A DNA stretch of 64,000 nucleotides from positions 5,700 through 69,699 of the forward strand of contig CAJUKT010000073.1 of assembly GCA_910587255.1 (NCBI GenBank), read 5' to 3'. The position numbers and the translations under genes are program-made. The stretch is from an uncultured Oscillospiraceae bacterium (GTDB lineage Bacteria > Bacillota > Clostridia > Oscillospirales > Oscillospiraceae). Each line of letters begins with the position of its first letter. Within the stretch, counting starts at the first letter, position 1. The notes below the pieces were generated by a model that worked only from the letters and a program-made list of their open reading frames with translations, was not told the DNA's origin and ran no database searches. Shown piece by piece: positions 9,140 through 17,597 of the stretch.

Positions 9140-9517
9140 ATGCTGAAAATCGCGGCGGCGGCGGTGGCGGCGGCGCTGTGCGCCGTGGTGGTGCGCAAGC
9201 AGTCGCCGGAGATCGCCCTGGTGCTGGGGGCAGGAGGGTGCGCCCTCATTGTGCTGTACTGCTCCGGGGCGCTGGCGGCGGCGGTGGAGCTGGCGGACAA
9301 GCTGGCCGAGACCGGGGGGCTGTCCGTGCAGGTGGTGGAGCCGGTGCTCAAGACGGCGGGCATCGCCATCGCCGCCCGGCTGGCCTCCGGGTTCTGCAAG
9401 GACGCACAGGAGGAGGGCCTAGGCGCGGCGGTGGAGCTGGCGGGGACGGCGCTGGCGCTGGCGGCGGCGCTGCCGCTGATGACGGCGGTGCTGGACGTGC
9501 TGGCCCAGCTGCTGTGA
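9140..9517 (+). CDS. spoIIIAD: Stage III sporulation protein AD
   Basis: MLKIAAAAVAAALCAVVVRKQSPEIALVLG..., a multi-TM protein in the expected position after spoIIIAC. GTG 9131 is an alternative start. Confidence 0.8.
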   Translation: MLKIAAAAVAAALCAVVVRKQSPEIALVLGAGGCALIVLYCSGALAAAVELADKLAETGGLSVQVVEPVLKTAGIAIAARLASGFCKDAQEEGLGAAVELAGTALALAAALPLMTAVLDVLAQLL

Positions 9518-9531
9518 GGGAGGGGACGGTA

Positions 9532-10620
9532 ATGAAACGGAAATGGGGGGTTTTGCTGGCTCTGGTGCTGCTGCCCGCCCTGTGCCTTCCCGTCCGGGCG
9601 CTCTACGGCGGGGGGACGGAGGATCTGATCGACGTGGACAGTCTGCGGCGCGCGGCGCAGGAGAGCGGCGGCACGGCGGAATATGGCGCCACGCTGGACG
9701 AGGGGCTGGAGAGCCTGCTGGACACGGGCACCCGGGAGCTGAGAGGGGCGCTGAAAAGGGCGGGCAGGTCGGGGGCGCTGCTGCTGGTGATCCTGCTGTT
9801 CTGCGCCCTGGCGGAGTCGGTGGGGGGGACGCAGCGCGGGAGCGTCAAGGCGGCCTCCCTGGCCGGTACGCTGGCGGTGGCGGCGGTGGCGGCGGCGGAC
9901 GTGAACTCCCTGTTGGGCATGGGGACGGGGAGCATTGAGCGGATGACCTCCTTTGCCAACGTGCTGCTGCCCACGGCGGCGGTGCTGACGGCGGCCACCG
10001 GGGCGGTCACCGGGGCGGCGGCCAGGCAGATGGCGGCGGCGCTGTTCTCCGATGTGCTCATCAGCCTCATCAACGCCCTGTTGGTGCCCCTGCTGTACGG
10101 GTATATCGCCGCCTCGGTGGTCCAGGCGGCGCTGGAGCGGGAGGAGCTGAAACGGATGGCGGATTTGCTGAAGTGGGCGGTGACCACCCTGATCACCATT
10201 GTAATGACGGCATTTGTGGGCTATCTCACCGCCAGCGGGGTGGTGGCAGGGGCGGCGGATGCGGCGGCGGTGAAGGCCGCCCGGTTTGCCATCTCGGGGG
10301 CCATCCCGGTGGTGGGGGGCATTTTGTCCGACGCGGCGGAGACGGTGCTGGCCTCGGCGGGGGTGCTGCGGGGGACGGTGGGTGTGTTCGGCATGGTGAC
10401 GGTGCTGGGGGTGTGCCTTGCGCCGCTGCTTCAGATGGCGGTGCACTACCTGGCCTATAAGCTGGTGGCCGCCCTGTCGTGCGCCTTTGGCGGCGGGCCG
10501 GTGTGCACGCTGGTGGACAGGCTCAGCTCCGCCTTCGGGCTGGTGCTGGGGATGACGGGGGCGTGCTGCCTGCTGCTGCTCATCGCGCTGGTGTCCTGCG
10601 TGTCGGTGGGGGCGGCGTGA
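9532..10620 (+). CDS. spoIIIAE: Stage III sporulation protein AE
   Basis: MKRKWGVLLALVLLPALCLPVRA signal peptide followed by a polytopic membrane domain. Position matches SpoIIIAE. The in-frame start was chosen inside ORF 9178-10620. Confidence 0.8.
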   Translation: MKRKWGVLLALVLLPALCLPVRALYGGGTEDLIDVDSLRRAAQESGGTAEYGATLDEGLESLLDTGTRELRGALKRAGRSGALLLVILLFCALAESVGGTQRGSVKAASLAGTLAVAAVAAADVNSLLGMGTGSIERMTSFANVLLPTAAVLTAATGAVTGAAARQMAAALFSDVLISLINALLVPLLYGYIAASVVQAALEREELKRMADLLKWAVTTLITIVMTAFVGYLTASGVVAGAADAAAVKAARFAISGAIPVVGGILSDAAETVLASAGVLRGTVGVFGMVTVLGVCLAPLLQMAVHYLAYKLVAALSCAFGGGPVCTLVDRLSSAFGLVLGMTGACCLLLLIALVSCVSVGAA

Positions 10621-11111
10621 TGGGGGTGGTGCGCAGCTGGCTGCTGGGGGTGACGGCCGCCGCCCTGGTGGTGGCGCTGGCCGAGACCCTGGCGCCGGAG
10701 GGAAGCGTGAAGAAGGTGTGCCGCCTGGCGGGCGGGCTGGCCCTGCTGCTGGCGGCGCTCAGGCCGCTGGCCGGCATGACCGGCGGGGAGCCGGCCGCCC
10801 AAACCGCCGGGGGCTGGCGGGAGCGGGCACAGCGCTATGAGCAGGAGCTGGCGCAGGAGAGCGGGCAGATGTATCTGGCTATCATAGAGCGGGAGACCGC
10901 CGCATATGTTATGGACAAGGCGAAGGAATTCGGCTTTGAATGTGCGGTGGAGGTGACCTGCGGCTATGACGAGCAGGCCGTACCCTGCCCTTGGGAGGTC
11001 ACCGCCCGGGGGAGTTGGACGCAGGAGCAGCGCTCCCGGCTGGAGCGGCTGCTGGAAGAGGAGCTGGGCGTGCCCGTCCAGCGGCAATATTACGAGGAGA
11101 TACTGCCATGA
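10620..11111 (+). CDS. spoIIIAF: Stage III sporulation protein AF
   Basis: MGVVRSWLLGVTAAALVVALAETLAPEGSVKKV... The ATG overlaps the spoIIIAE TGA. Confidence 0.75.
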   Translation: MGVVRSWLLGVTAAALVVALAETLAPEGSVKKVCRLAGGLALLLAALRPLAGMTGGEPAAQTAGGWRERAQRYEQELAQESGQMYLAIIERETAAYVMDKAKEFGFECAVEVTCGYDEQAVPCPWEVTARGSWTQEQRSRLERLLEEELGVPVQRQYYEEILP

Positions 11112-11629
11112 GGGTGCAATGGAAGCCGGAACAGCTGTGGAAGCTGCTGGACAAGTACAAATACGTGCTGCTTATCCTGGCGGCGGGGGTGCTGCTGTTA
11201 TTGTGGCCTGCGGGAGAGAAGGCGCAGCCTGCCCCGGACGCCTCGCAGGGCGCTGCGGAGGCGTTCGACCTGGCGGCGCTGGAGGAGAAGATCTCCCGCA
11301 CCCTGTCCCAGGTGGAGGGGGCGGGAAAGGTGACGGTGACCCTCACCCTCAAAAACGGCATGGAGCAGGTGCCTGCCACAGACCGGTCCACCTCCGCCGG
11401 AGAGCGGGAGAACCGGGTGGAGGAAAAGACGGTGGTGGTGAGCACCGGCTCAGGCCAGGAAGCGGTGGTGCGTATGCAGCGCTACCCGGTTTTTCAAGGG
11501 GCGCTGGTGGTGTGCGAGGGAGCGGACCAGGCGCAGGTGCGTCTGGCCATGACCCAGGCGGTGTCGGCGCTGACAGGGCTGGGCTCGGATCGGATTACGG
11601 TGTGCAAAGGAAGCGCTGAGCCGTCGTGA
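11108..11629 (+). CDS. spoIIIAG: Stage III sporulation protein AG
   Basis: MRVQWKPEQLWKLLDKYKYVLLILAAGVLLLL... then a secretin/YscJ-like soluble domain (VTVTLTLKNG...VVVS). The start overlaps the spoIIIAF stop. Confidence 0.78.
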   Translation: MRVQWKPEQLWKLLDKYKYVLLILAAGVLLLLWPAGEKAQPAPDASQGAAEAFDLAALEEKISRTLSQVEGAGKVTVTLTLKNGMEQVPATDRSTSAGERENRVEEKTVVVSTGSGQEAVVRMQRYPVFQGALVVCEGADQAQVRLAMTQAVSALTGLGSDRITVCKGSAEPS

Positions 11630-11735
11630 GCAGCGCGGATGGGGCGGAGCGAAGGCGGAAACCCGGCCGCCCCGCAGCGGGGCGGTTTTCGTCCGGGCTA
11701 TAGCCAACAGGCGAAGCGTGGCGGCGGGGCACGAG
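11612..11735 (+). repeat. Intergenic repeat family B, copy 1 (overlaps the last codons of spoIIIAG)
   Basis: AAGCGCTGAGCCGTCGTGAGCAGCGCGGATGGGGCGGAGCGAAGG... matches 60953 onward at about 40 of the first 45 nt. It contains the hairpin CCGCCCC-gcagc-GGGGCGG followed by TTTT. Confidence 0.65.
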
Positions 11736-11785
11736 GTGGAACTGATGTTTCACGTGAAACAAAACATGAACTGGAGGGCGGAACA

Positions 11786-12397
11786 ATGAGTGTGTGGAAA
11801 CGAAACGCGGTTGTGGTGGCCATTGTGCTCTTTGTGGGGGCGGCGGTCTATCTGAACTGGTCCTATGGCAGGGAGGCGGCGGCCAATAACGGCGGCACCG
11901 ACTCGGATGGGAGCGGGAAGCTGCTGGGTCAGGCGGCCCTGGTCAACGGCAAGGAGGACGGCAAGCAGGGGGAGGACGGCCAGACGGGGGCGCAGCCCAG
12001 CGCCGATCCCAGCGCCAAGCCCAGCGCGTCGGGGGAGCAGACAGGGTATTTTGCGTCCGCCCGGCTCAACCGCCAGCAGGCCAGGGACAGCGCCCTGCAG
12101 CTGCTCCAGCAGGCGGCGGCGGACGCGGGGGCCCAGCAAGATATCATTGACGAGGCCAACGCCTCGATTCAGGCCATGGCGGCGCTCACCATGTCGGAGG
12201 CCAATGTGGAGAACCTGATTACCGCCAAGGGCTATGGCGACTGCGTGTGTTTTATCAACGACAACAGCGCCAGCGTGGTGGTGTCCTCCACAGAAAACGG
12301 CCTGAGCGAAAACGATGTGACCAAGATTATGGAGATCGTCAAAAAGGAGACCGGGCTGACGGCGGACAAAATCACGGTGATTGAGAACGAGCCGTAA
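11786..12397 (+). CDS. spoIIIAH: Stage III sporulation protein AH
   Basis: MSVWKRNAVVVAIVLFVGAAVYLNW TM anchor, a low-complexity linker, and a C-terminal YscJ/FliF-like domain. Last gene of the cluster. Confidence 0.78.
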   Translation: MSVWKRNAVVVAIVLFVGAAVYLNWSYGREAAANNGGTDSDGSGKLLGQAALVNGKEDGKQGEDGQTGAQPSADPSAKPSASGEQTGYFASARLNRQQARDSALQLLQQAAADAGAQQDIIDEANASIQAMAALTMSEANVENLITAKGYGDCVCFINDNSASVVVSSTENGLSENDVTKIMEIVKKETGLTADKITVIENEP

Positions 12398-12560
12398 ATA
12401 GAATCGCGGAGGATAGCCGCGCAGGGGAGCTTGGAGCGGAGTGAGGACAAAAGCCCAAGGCCCACGCAGTGGGACTGGTTTTTGTCCGAATCGAAGGGAA
12501 AGCGACCCGGCGGCGCGGCGAATCCGCAGCGTGACAGCGAAGAAGCGCACAGGACAGCCG
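12391..12560 (+). repeat. Intergenic repeat family B, copy 2 (diverged; overlaps the spoIIIAH stop)
   Basis: It begins GAGCCGTAA. The core TGGAGCGGAGTGAGGACAAAAGCCCAAGGCCCACGCAGTGGGACTGGTTTTTGTCC aligns with 60980-61035. The stem bases differ (CCCAC/GTGGG) while the GCAG loop and T-run are kept. Confidence 0.5.
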
Positions 12561-12576
12561 CGGGGCAAAATAGGCA

Positions 12577-12605
12577 TTGTAATTTAGGGGACAGGGTGCT
12601 ATAAT
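12577..12605 (+). promoter_or_regulatory. Sigma-A-type promoter upstream of the Asp23-family gene
   Basis: TTGTAA (12577-12582), a 17-nt spacer and TGcTATAAT (12597-12605). Confidence 0.5.
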
Positions 12606-12638
12606 AGCTTCAGCATGAGTGAAGGAGCGTGAGGCTTT

Positions 12639-13007
12639 ATGGCCGACGGCAAGGAATATATCTCCCGTGAGGGTGAGCTGGGCAGCGTGAGCATTTCTGA
12701 GGAGGTGCTGGCCGTCATCGCCGCCGCCGCGGCGGTGGATGTGGAGGGCGTGAGCTGCCTGGGCAACGGCGTGGGCCGGGATCTGGCCGATCCCGCCAAC
12801 CGCAAGGCGCTGACCAGGGGCGTGCGCCTTTGGGTGGAGGACGAGCGGGTGAGCGTGGATCTGCCCATTTTGGTTCGGTACGGCTATGTGGTCACCGATG
12901 TGGCCCGGGCGGTGCAGGACGCAGTGTTCAGCGCCGTGGAGAACACTAGCGGGCTGGAGGTGGCCCAGGTGAACGTCACGGTGGTGGGCGTGAGCTTCCA
13001 GAAGTGA
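12639..13007 (+). CDS. Asp23/Gls24-family envelope stress protein
   Basis: 122 aa, MADGKEYISREGELGSVSISEEVLAVIAAAAA... Position before nusB matches B. subtilis yqhY. Confidence 0.85.
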   Translation: MADGKEYISREGELGSVSISEEVLAVIAAAAAVDVEGVSCLGNGVGRDLADPANRKALTRGVRLWVEDERVSVDLPILVRYGYVVTDVARAVQDAVFSAVENTSGLEVAQVNVTVVGVSFQK

Positions 13008-13112
13008 GAGGCTGCCGCCAATGGCCGGGGCCCGGCTGCGCTGTCCGCAGCGGCTTTTGCCGTGAGGATGCGTGCCGGGGCGATTGGTACGCTTTGGAAA
13101 GGACATGACCGG

Positions 13113-13143
13113 GAGCCGGGGCTTTGTGCCCCGGCTCTTTTCG
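13113..13143 (+). terminator. Rho-independent terminator
   Basis: GAGCCGGGGC-tttgt-GCCCCGGCTC followed by TTTTCG. Confidence 0.7.
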
Positions 13144-13284
13144 CGTTGGGCGGGGCGGCGGCATAGAAAAAAGGGGTTTCTTTTTTGGAGCAATTCGTGT
13201 ATAATAGGGCGAATATACAAAATGGGCCGGTGTGCCCGTCAGGATACATACCGGCGGAAGCCCCGCCGGGGAAGGAGGAGCCCC

Positions 13285-13740
13285 ATGAACAGAAGTACAG
13301 CCCGGGAGATCGCCGTCCACTTTGCCTTTGAGCTGGCCTTTTCCGACGAGCGGGCAGAGGCGCTTTTGGCGCGGGAGCTTACGCCGGAGGCATTTGCCCT
13401 GCGGGGCAGGGAGGAGCCCATCTATGCCCAGTTCCCCGGCGAGGGGGAGCTGGACTACATCACCCGCCTGGTGCGGGGGGTGGGCGGCCACGGCGCGGAG
13501 CTGGACGGCTATATCGACAAGTACGCCAAGGGCTGGAAGTTCTCCCGCATTGACCGGGTGGCCTCCGCCATCATGCGGGTGGCCATGTACGAGATTTTAT
13601 ATATGCCCGACGTGCCCGACAAGGCGGCCATCAACGAGGCAGTGGAGATTGCCAAAAAGTACGTGGACGACGACGTGGTGAAATTTATCAACGGCATTTT
13701 GGGCTCCTTTGTGCGCACCGAGCTGCCGGAGCAGGGGTGA
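13285..13740 (+). CDS. nusB: Transcription antitermination factor NusB
   Basis: MNRSTAREIAVHFAFEL...KGWKFSRIDRVASAIMRVAMYEILYMPDVPDKAAINEAVEIAKKY. GAAGGAGGAG lies upstream of ATG 13285. Confidence 0.9.
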   Translation: MNRSTAREIAVHFAFELAFSDERAEALLARELTPEAFALRGREEPIYAQFPGEGELDYITRLVRGVGGHGAELDGYIDKYAKGWKFSRIDRVASAIMRVAMYEILYMPDVPDKAAINEAVEIAKKYVDDDVVKFINGILGSFVRTELPEQG

Positions 13741-14690
13741 AAGGAATGGACGCACAGTGCCTGGGCTTTGATACCAGCAATTATACCACCTCCGCCGCGG
13801 TGTTCGGCGGGGGCAGGGCGGAAAACCGGGGAAGGCTGCTCACCGTGCCCGAGGGGGCGCTGGGCCTGCGGCAGAGCGACGCTTTGTTCCAGCATGTGAA
13901 GCGGCTGCATCAGATGGTGGAGCAGCTGCGCGCCGATGGGGTGGTCGGAAGCATTGCCGCCGTGGGGGCGTCAACCCGCCCCAGGGAGGTAGAGGGGTCA
14001 TATATGCCCTGCTTCCTGGTGGGCGAGGGGGAGGGCCGGGCGCTGGCGGCAGCGCTGGGGGTCCCCTTTTATCCCTGCTCCCACCAGCAGGGCCACGTGG
14101 CCGCCGCGGCCTGGTCGGCGGGTCGGGAGGACCTGCTGGACAGGCCCCACCTGGCCTGGCACCTGTCCGGCGGCACCACGGAGCTGCTCCGGGTGGAGCC
14201 GGAGGGCCACAGCGTCCGGGCGGAGGTGGTGGGAGGCACCAGCGACATCGCCGCCGGCCAGCTCATCGACCGCACGGGGGTGCTGCTGGGCCTGCCCTTC
14301 CCGGCGGGCAAGGCGCTGGACGCGCTGTACCCCGAGGCGGACGCGGCGCTGGGCTTCCGCGTGAAGCTCAACGGGCTTTCCTTTTCCCTGTCCGGCATGG
14401 AAAACCAGGTGAAGGCGCTGGCGGAAAAGGGGGAGAAGCCCGCCAATATCGCCCGCTTCGCACTGGACACCATCATCGGCGTGGTGATCCGCGCTACCCA
14501 CGAGGCGCAAAAGCGCTGGCCTGGGCTGCCGGTGCTGTGCTCGGGGGGGGTGGCATCCAATCGGCAGCTGCGCGCCGCCATGGAGCGTGCGTGCGGCGCG
14601 GTGTTTGCCCAGCCCCAATACTCCGTTGACAATGCCCTGGGGGTGGCCATCCTCACCTGCCGGGCGCTGGAGCGGGGGGCAGGGGAGTGA
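13737..14690 (+). CDS. Kae1/TsaD-like (peptidase M22 / ASKHA) family protein
   Basis: LGFDTSNYTTSAAVF... and an SHQQGH metal-site-like motif resembling the TsaD HxxxH. The start overlaps the nusB stop (GTG 13737 or ATG 13746). Confidence 0.65.
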   Translation: MKGMDAQCLGFDTSNYTTSAAVFGGGRAENRGRLLTVPEGALGLRQSDALFQHVKRLHQMVEQLRADGVVGSIAAVGASTRPREVEGSYMPCFLVGEGEGRALAAALGVPFYPCSHQQGHVAAAAWSAGREDLLDRPHLAWHLSGGTTELLRVEPEGHSVRAEVVGGTSDIAAGQLIDRTGVLLGLPFPAGKALDALYPEADAALGFRVKLNGLSFSLSGMENQVKALAEKGEKPANIARFALDTIIGVVIRATHEAQKRWPGLPVLCSGGVASNRQLRAAMERACGAVFAQPQYSVDNALGVAILTCRALERGAGE

Positions 14691-15973
14691 ATACCGCCGG
14701 CGTTCCGGTCTATACTGTATCTCAGGTCAACGGCTACGTGAAGGACCTGATGGACGACGATCCCCTGCTGGCCGGGCTGCTGGTGCGGGGAGAGGTGTCC
14801 AATTACAAGTGTTATCCCTCCGGCCACCACTACTTTTCCCTGAAGGACGAAAACGCCTCCCTGCGGTGCGTCATGTTCCGGGGAGAGGCGGCAAGGCTGC
14901 GCTTCCGCCCCGCCAACGGGATGCGGGTGGTGGCCTTTGGCCGGGTGTCGGCCTTTCCCCGGGACGGGCAGTACCAGCTCTACTGCGCCGAGCTGATGCA
15001 GGACGGACGGGGTGCGCTGGACGAGGCGTTTGAAAAGCTCCGCCGCCGCCTGGAGGCGGAGGGCCTGTTCAGCAGGGAGCATAAACGGCCGCTGCCCCGA
15101 TATCCCCGGAAGATCGCGCTGGTCACATCACCGGCGGGGGCGGCGGTGCGGGACATGCTGCGCATCCTGGGGGCCCGGTGGCCGCTGGCCCAGGTGCTGG
15201 TGGCCCCCGTCCGGGTCCAGGGGACGCAGGCGGCGGGGGAGATCGCCGCGGCCATCCACCGCCTCAACAACCGGGCGGATATCGAGCTCATCATCACCGG
15301 GCGGGGGGGCGGCTCCAGGGAGGACCTGTGGGCGTTTAACGAGGAGGTGGTGGCCCGGGCCATCTACCTGTCCAACATCCCAGTGATCTCCGCTGTGGGG
15401 CATGAGCCGGACGTGACCATTGCGGACTATGTGGCGGATGTGCGCGCGGCCACCCCCTCCAACGGGGCGGAGCTGGCGGCGCCGGACCAGGCGGAGGAGC
15501 GGGGGCGGCTGGCCCAGCTGTCCGCCCGGCTGGCCCGGGCGCTGGCGGGCCGCCTGTCGGCGGCGCGGCGGGAGCTGGCCAGGCTGCAAAGCAGCCGCGC
15601 CCTGCGCAGCCTGAAGGCCCCCATTCAGGACCGGCGGCTGGCGGTGGACGCGCTGCGCCGGCGGCTGGCGCTGGCCCTCCGGGGCGAGGCGGACGGAGGC
15701 CGGGGGGCGCTGGCGGCGTGTCAGGCCCGGCTGCCCATGGCGCTGCGGGCCCAGAGCGTGAAAAAAAGGGCCGCGCTGGGCCGCCTGTCGGCGGGGCTGG
15801 ACGCGCTGAGCCCGCTGAAGGTGCTGGGCCGGGGGTACGCCATCGCCCGGCGGGGGGAGGACGTGGTATCCTCCTGCGCCCAGGTGGAGGCCGGGGACCG
15901 GCTGGACGTGCTGGTGGCCGGCGGCGTGCTGAACTGCGTTGTAAAGGACAAGGAGGAGAGGACATGGCGGTGA
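14687..15973 (+). CDS. xseA: Exodeoxyribonuclease VII large subunit
   Basis: 428 aa, VYTVSQVNGYVKDLMDDDPLL...VRGEVSN OB-fold N-terminus. GTG start overlaps the upstream stop. Confidence 0.92.
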   Translation: MNTAGVPVYTVSQVNGYVKDLMDDDPLLAGLLVRGEVSNYKCYPSGHHYFSLKDENASLRCVMFRGEAARLRFRPANGMRVVAFGRVSAFPRDGQYQLYCAELMQDGRGALDEAFEKLRRRLEAEGLFSREHKRPLPRYPRKIALVTSPAGAAVRDMLRILGARWPLAQVLVAPVRVQGTQAAGEIAAAIHRLNNRADIELIITGRGGGSREDLWAFNEEVVARAIYLSNIPVISAVGHEPDVTIADYVADVRAATPSNGAELAAPDQAEERGRLAQLSARLARALAGRLSAARRELARLQSSRALRSLKAPIQDRRLAVDALRRRLALALRGEADGGRGALAACQARLPMALRAQSVKKRAALGRLSAGLDALSPLKVLGRGYAIARRGEDVVSSCAQVEAGDRLDVLVAGGVLNCVVKDKEERTWR

Positions 15974-16197
15974 AAAAGCAGTCCTTTGAGGAGGCCATGG
16001 GCCGCCTGGAGGCCATCGTGGCCCAGCTGGAAAAGGGCGAGTGCGGCCTGGACCAGTCGCTGAAGCTGTTTGAGGAAGGGGCCAAGCTGGCGGGGCAGTG
16101 CGAGCAGTTGCTGGACCAGGCGGAGCAGAAGGTGAATCTGCTGCTGGCTGACGGCCGGGAGGTTCCCTTCGAGGGGGAGGAAGACGATGGAATTTGA
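15964..16197 (+). CDS. xseB: Exodeoxyribonuclease VII small subunit
   Basis: MAVKKQSFEEAMGRLEAIVAQLEKGECGLDQSLKLFEEGAKL..., 77 aa, overlapping the xseA end. Confidence 0.9.
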   Translation: MAVKKQSFEEAMGRLEAIVAQLEKGECGLDQSLKLFEEGAKLAGQCEQLLDQAEQKVNLLLADGREVPFEGEEDDGI

Positions 16198-17071
16198 CAG
16201 GGAATACCGGGAGGCCCTGGACCTGGCGGAGGGGGAGCTGAAGGGCTGCTTCCGGGAGGACGGGCCCCAGCGGGAGCTGCTGGACGCCATGCGGTACAGC
16301 CTGCTGGCCGGGGGGAAGCGGGTGCGGCCCGTGCTGGCGCTGAAGTTCTGCCAGGCGCTGTGCGGAGAGATGGAGCCGGCGCTGGACTATGCCTGCGGCG
16401 TGGAAATGCTGCACACCTATTCCTTAATCCATGACGACCTGCCCTGCATGGACGACGACGGGCTGCGCCGGGGCAAGCCCACCTGCCACGTGAGGTACGG
16501 CGAATGGCTGGCCCTGCTGGCGGGGGATGCATTGCAGGCGGCGGCCTTTGAGCGGCTGGCCGGCTCCAAGCGGACCAGCTCCGCCGCCAACGGCAGGGCC
16601 TGCGCCATTTTGGCCAGGGCGGCGGGCTGCGCGGGCATGTGCGCCGGACAGTACCTGGATATCGTCAATGAGGGCCGGGAGCTGGACGGGGAGGCGCTTG
16701 ATCAAATCCATGGGTGGAAGACCTCCGCGCTGCTGGAGGCGGCCTGCCTGCTGGGGCTGACGGCCTCCCCGGTGGAGCCGTCCCCGCAGCAGTGGGCAGC
16801 GGCGGAGCGATACGCCCGCCGGCTGGGGCTGGCCTTCCAGATCCGGGACGACATGCTGGACGTGGAATCCACCGAGGAGGAGCTGGGCAAGCCCATCGGG
16901 TCGGACGCGGAGAACGGGAAAACGACTTTTGCCGCGCTGTACGGCCTGGACAAGTGCCGGGAGCTGGTGGAGACGCTGACGGAGGAGGCCAAACAGAGCG
17001 TGCGGGGGGCTTTTCCGCGCCCGGCGTTTTTGTGCGGCCTGGCCGACTTGATGGCACAGAGAAAAAATTAA
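16187..17071 (+). CDS. ispA: Farnesyl-diphosphate synthase (polyprenyl synthetase)
   Basis: Two Asp-rich motifs, LIHDDLPCMDDD and FQIRDDMLD. Confidence 0.9.
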   Translation: MEFDREYREALDLAEGELKGCFREDGPQRELLDAMRYSLLAGGKRVRPVLALKFCQALCGEMEPALDYACGVEMLHTYSLIHDDLPCMDDDGLRRGKPTCHVRYGEWLALLAGDALQAAAFERLAGSKRTSSAANGRACAILARAAGCAGMCAGQYLDIVNEGRELDGEALDQIHGWKTSALLEAACLLGLTASPVEPSPQQWAAAERYARRLGLAFQIRDDMLDVESTEEELGKPIGSDAENGKTTFAALYGLDKCRELVETLTEEAKQSVRGAFPRPAFLCGLADLMAQRKN

Positions 17072-17122
17072 GGGGGGAACGGCGGACGCCCGCAGCTCCC
17101 TGCGACCAAGGAGAAATGTGTG

Positions 17123-17563
17123 ATGTTCCCGATCTTGTTGATTGCCATATCCGCCTGGGCGGTGGCCCAGGGGCTGAAGCTGCTCATTACCACTGCGGTC
17201 TACCGAAAGTTTGATATCAGCTATCTCACCAGCGGAGGCGGTATGCCCAGCTCCCACTCGGCGCTGGTGTGCGGCGCCGCCGTGTCGTGCGGCATGAGCG
17301 CCGGGTTTGACTCGGCGGTGTTCGCCATATCGGTCGTGATGGCTTTTATCGTCATGTACGACGCCGCCCACGTCCGCCGGGAGACGGGGGAGCAGGCCAA
17401 GGTGCTCAACTATATTCTGCACAACTGGGAGCAGTTCAAGCCGGAGAACTTTGAACGGGACCTGAAGGAGCTGATCGGCCACACTCCCCTCCAGGTGGCG
17501 GTGGGCTCGGTGCTGGGCATCGTGGTGGGGCTGGTGGGCAGCCTGATTGCCTTTGGGCCGTGA
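17123..17563 (+). CDS. Divergent PAP2 / DUF212-family membrane protein
   Basis: MFPILLIAISAWAVAQGLKLL...GGMPSSHSALV... AAGGAG lies upstream. GTG 17120 is an alternative start. Confidence 0.75.
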   Translation: MFPILLIAISAWAVAQGLKLLITTAVYRKFDISYLTSGGGMPSSHSALVCGAAVSCGMSAGFDSAVFAISVVMAFIVMYDAAHVRRETGEQAKVLNYILHNWEQFKPENFERDLKELIGHTPLQVAVGSVLGIVVGLVGSLIAFGP

Positions 17564-17597
17564 GGACAGACGAACCGACAGGAGAGGAGGGGCGGCC

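Noticed and set aside
13160-13206. A TATAAT at 13200-13205 as a nusB promoter.
   Set aside because: No acceptable -35 hexamer lies at 16-18 nt. It is possibly real but not supportable by eye.
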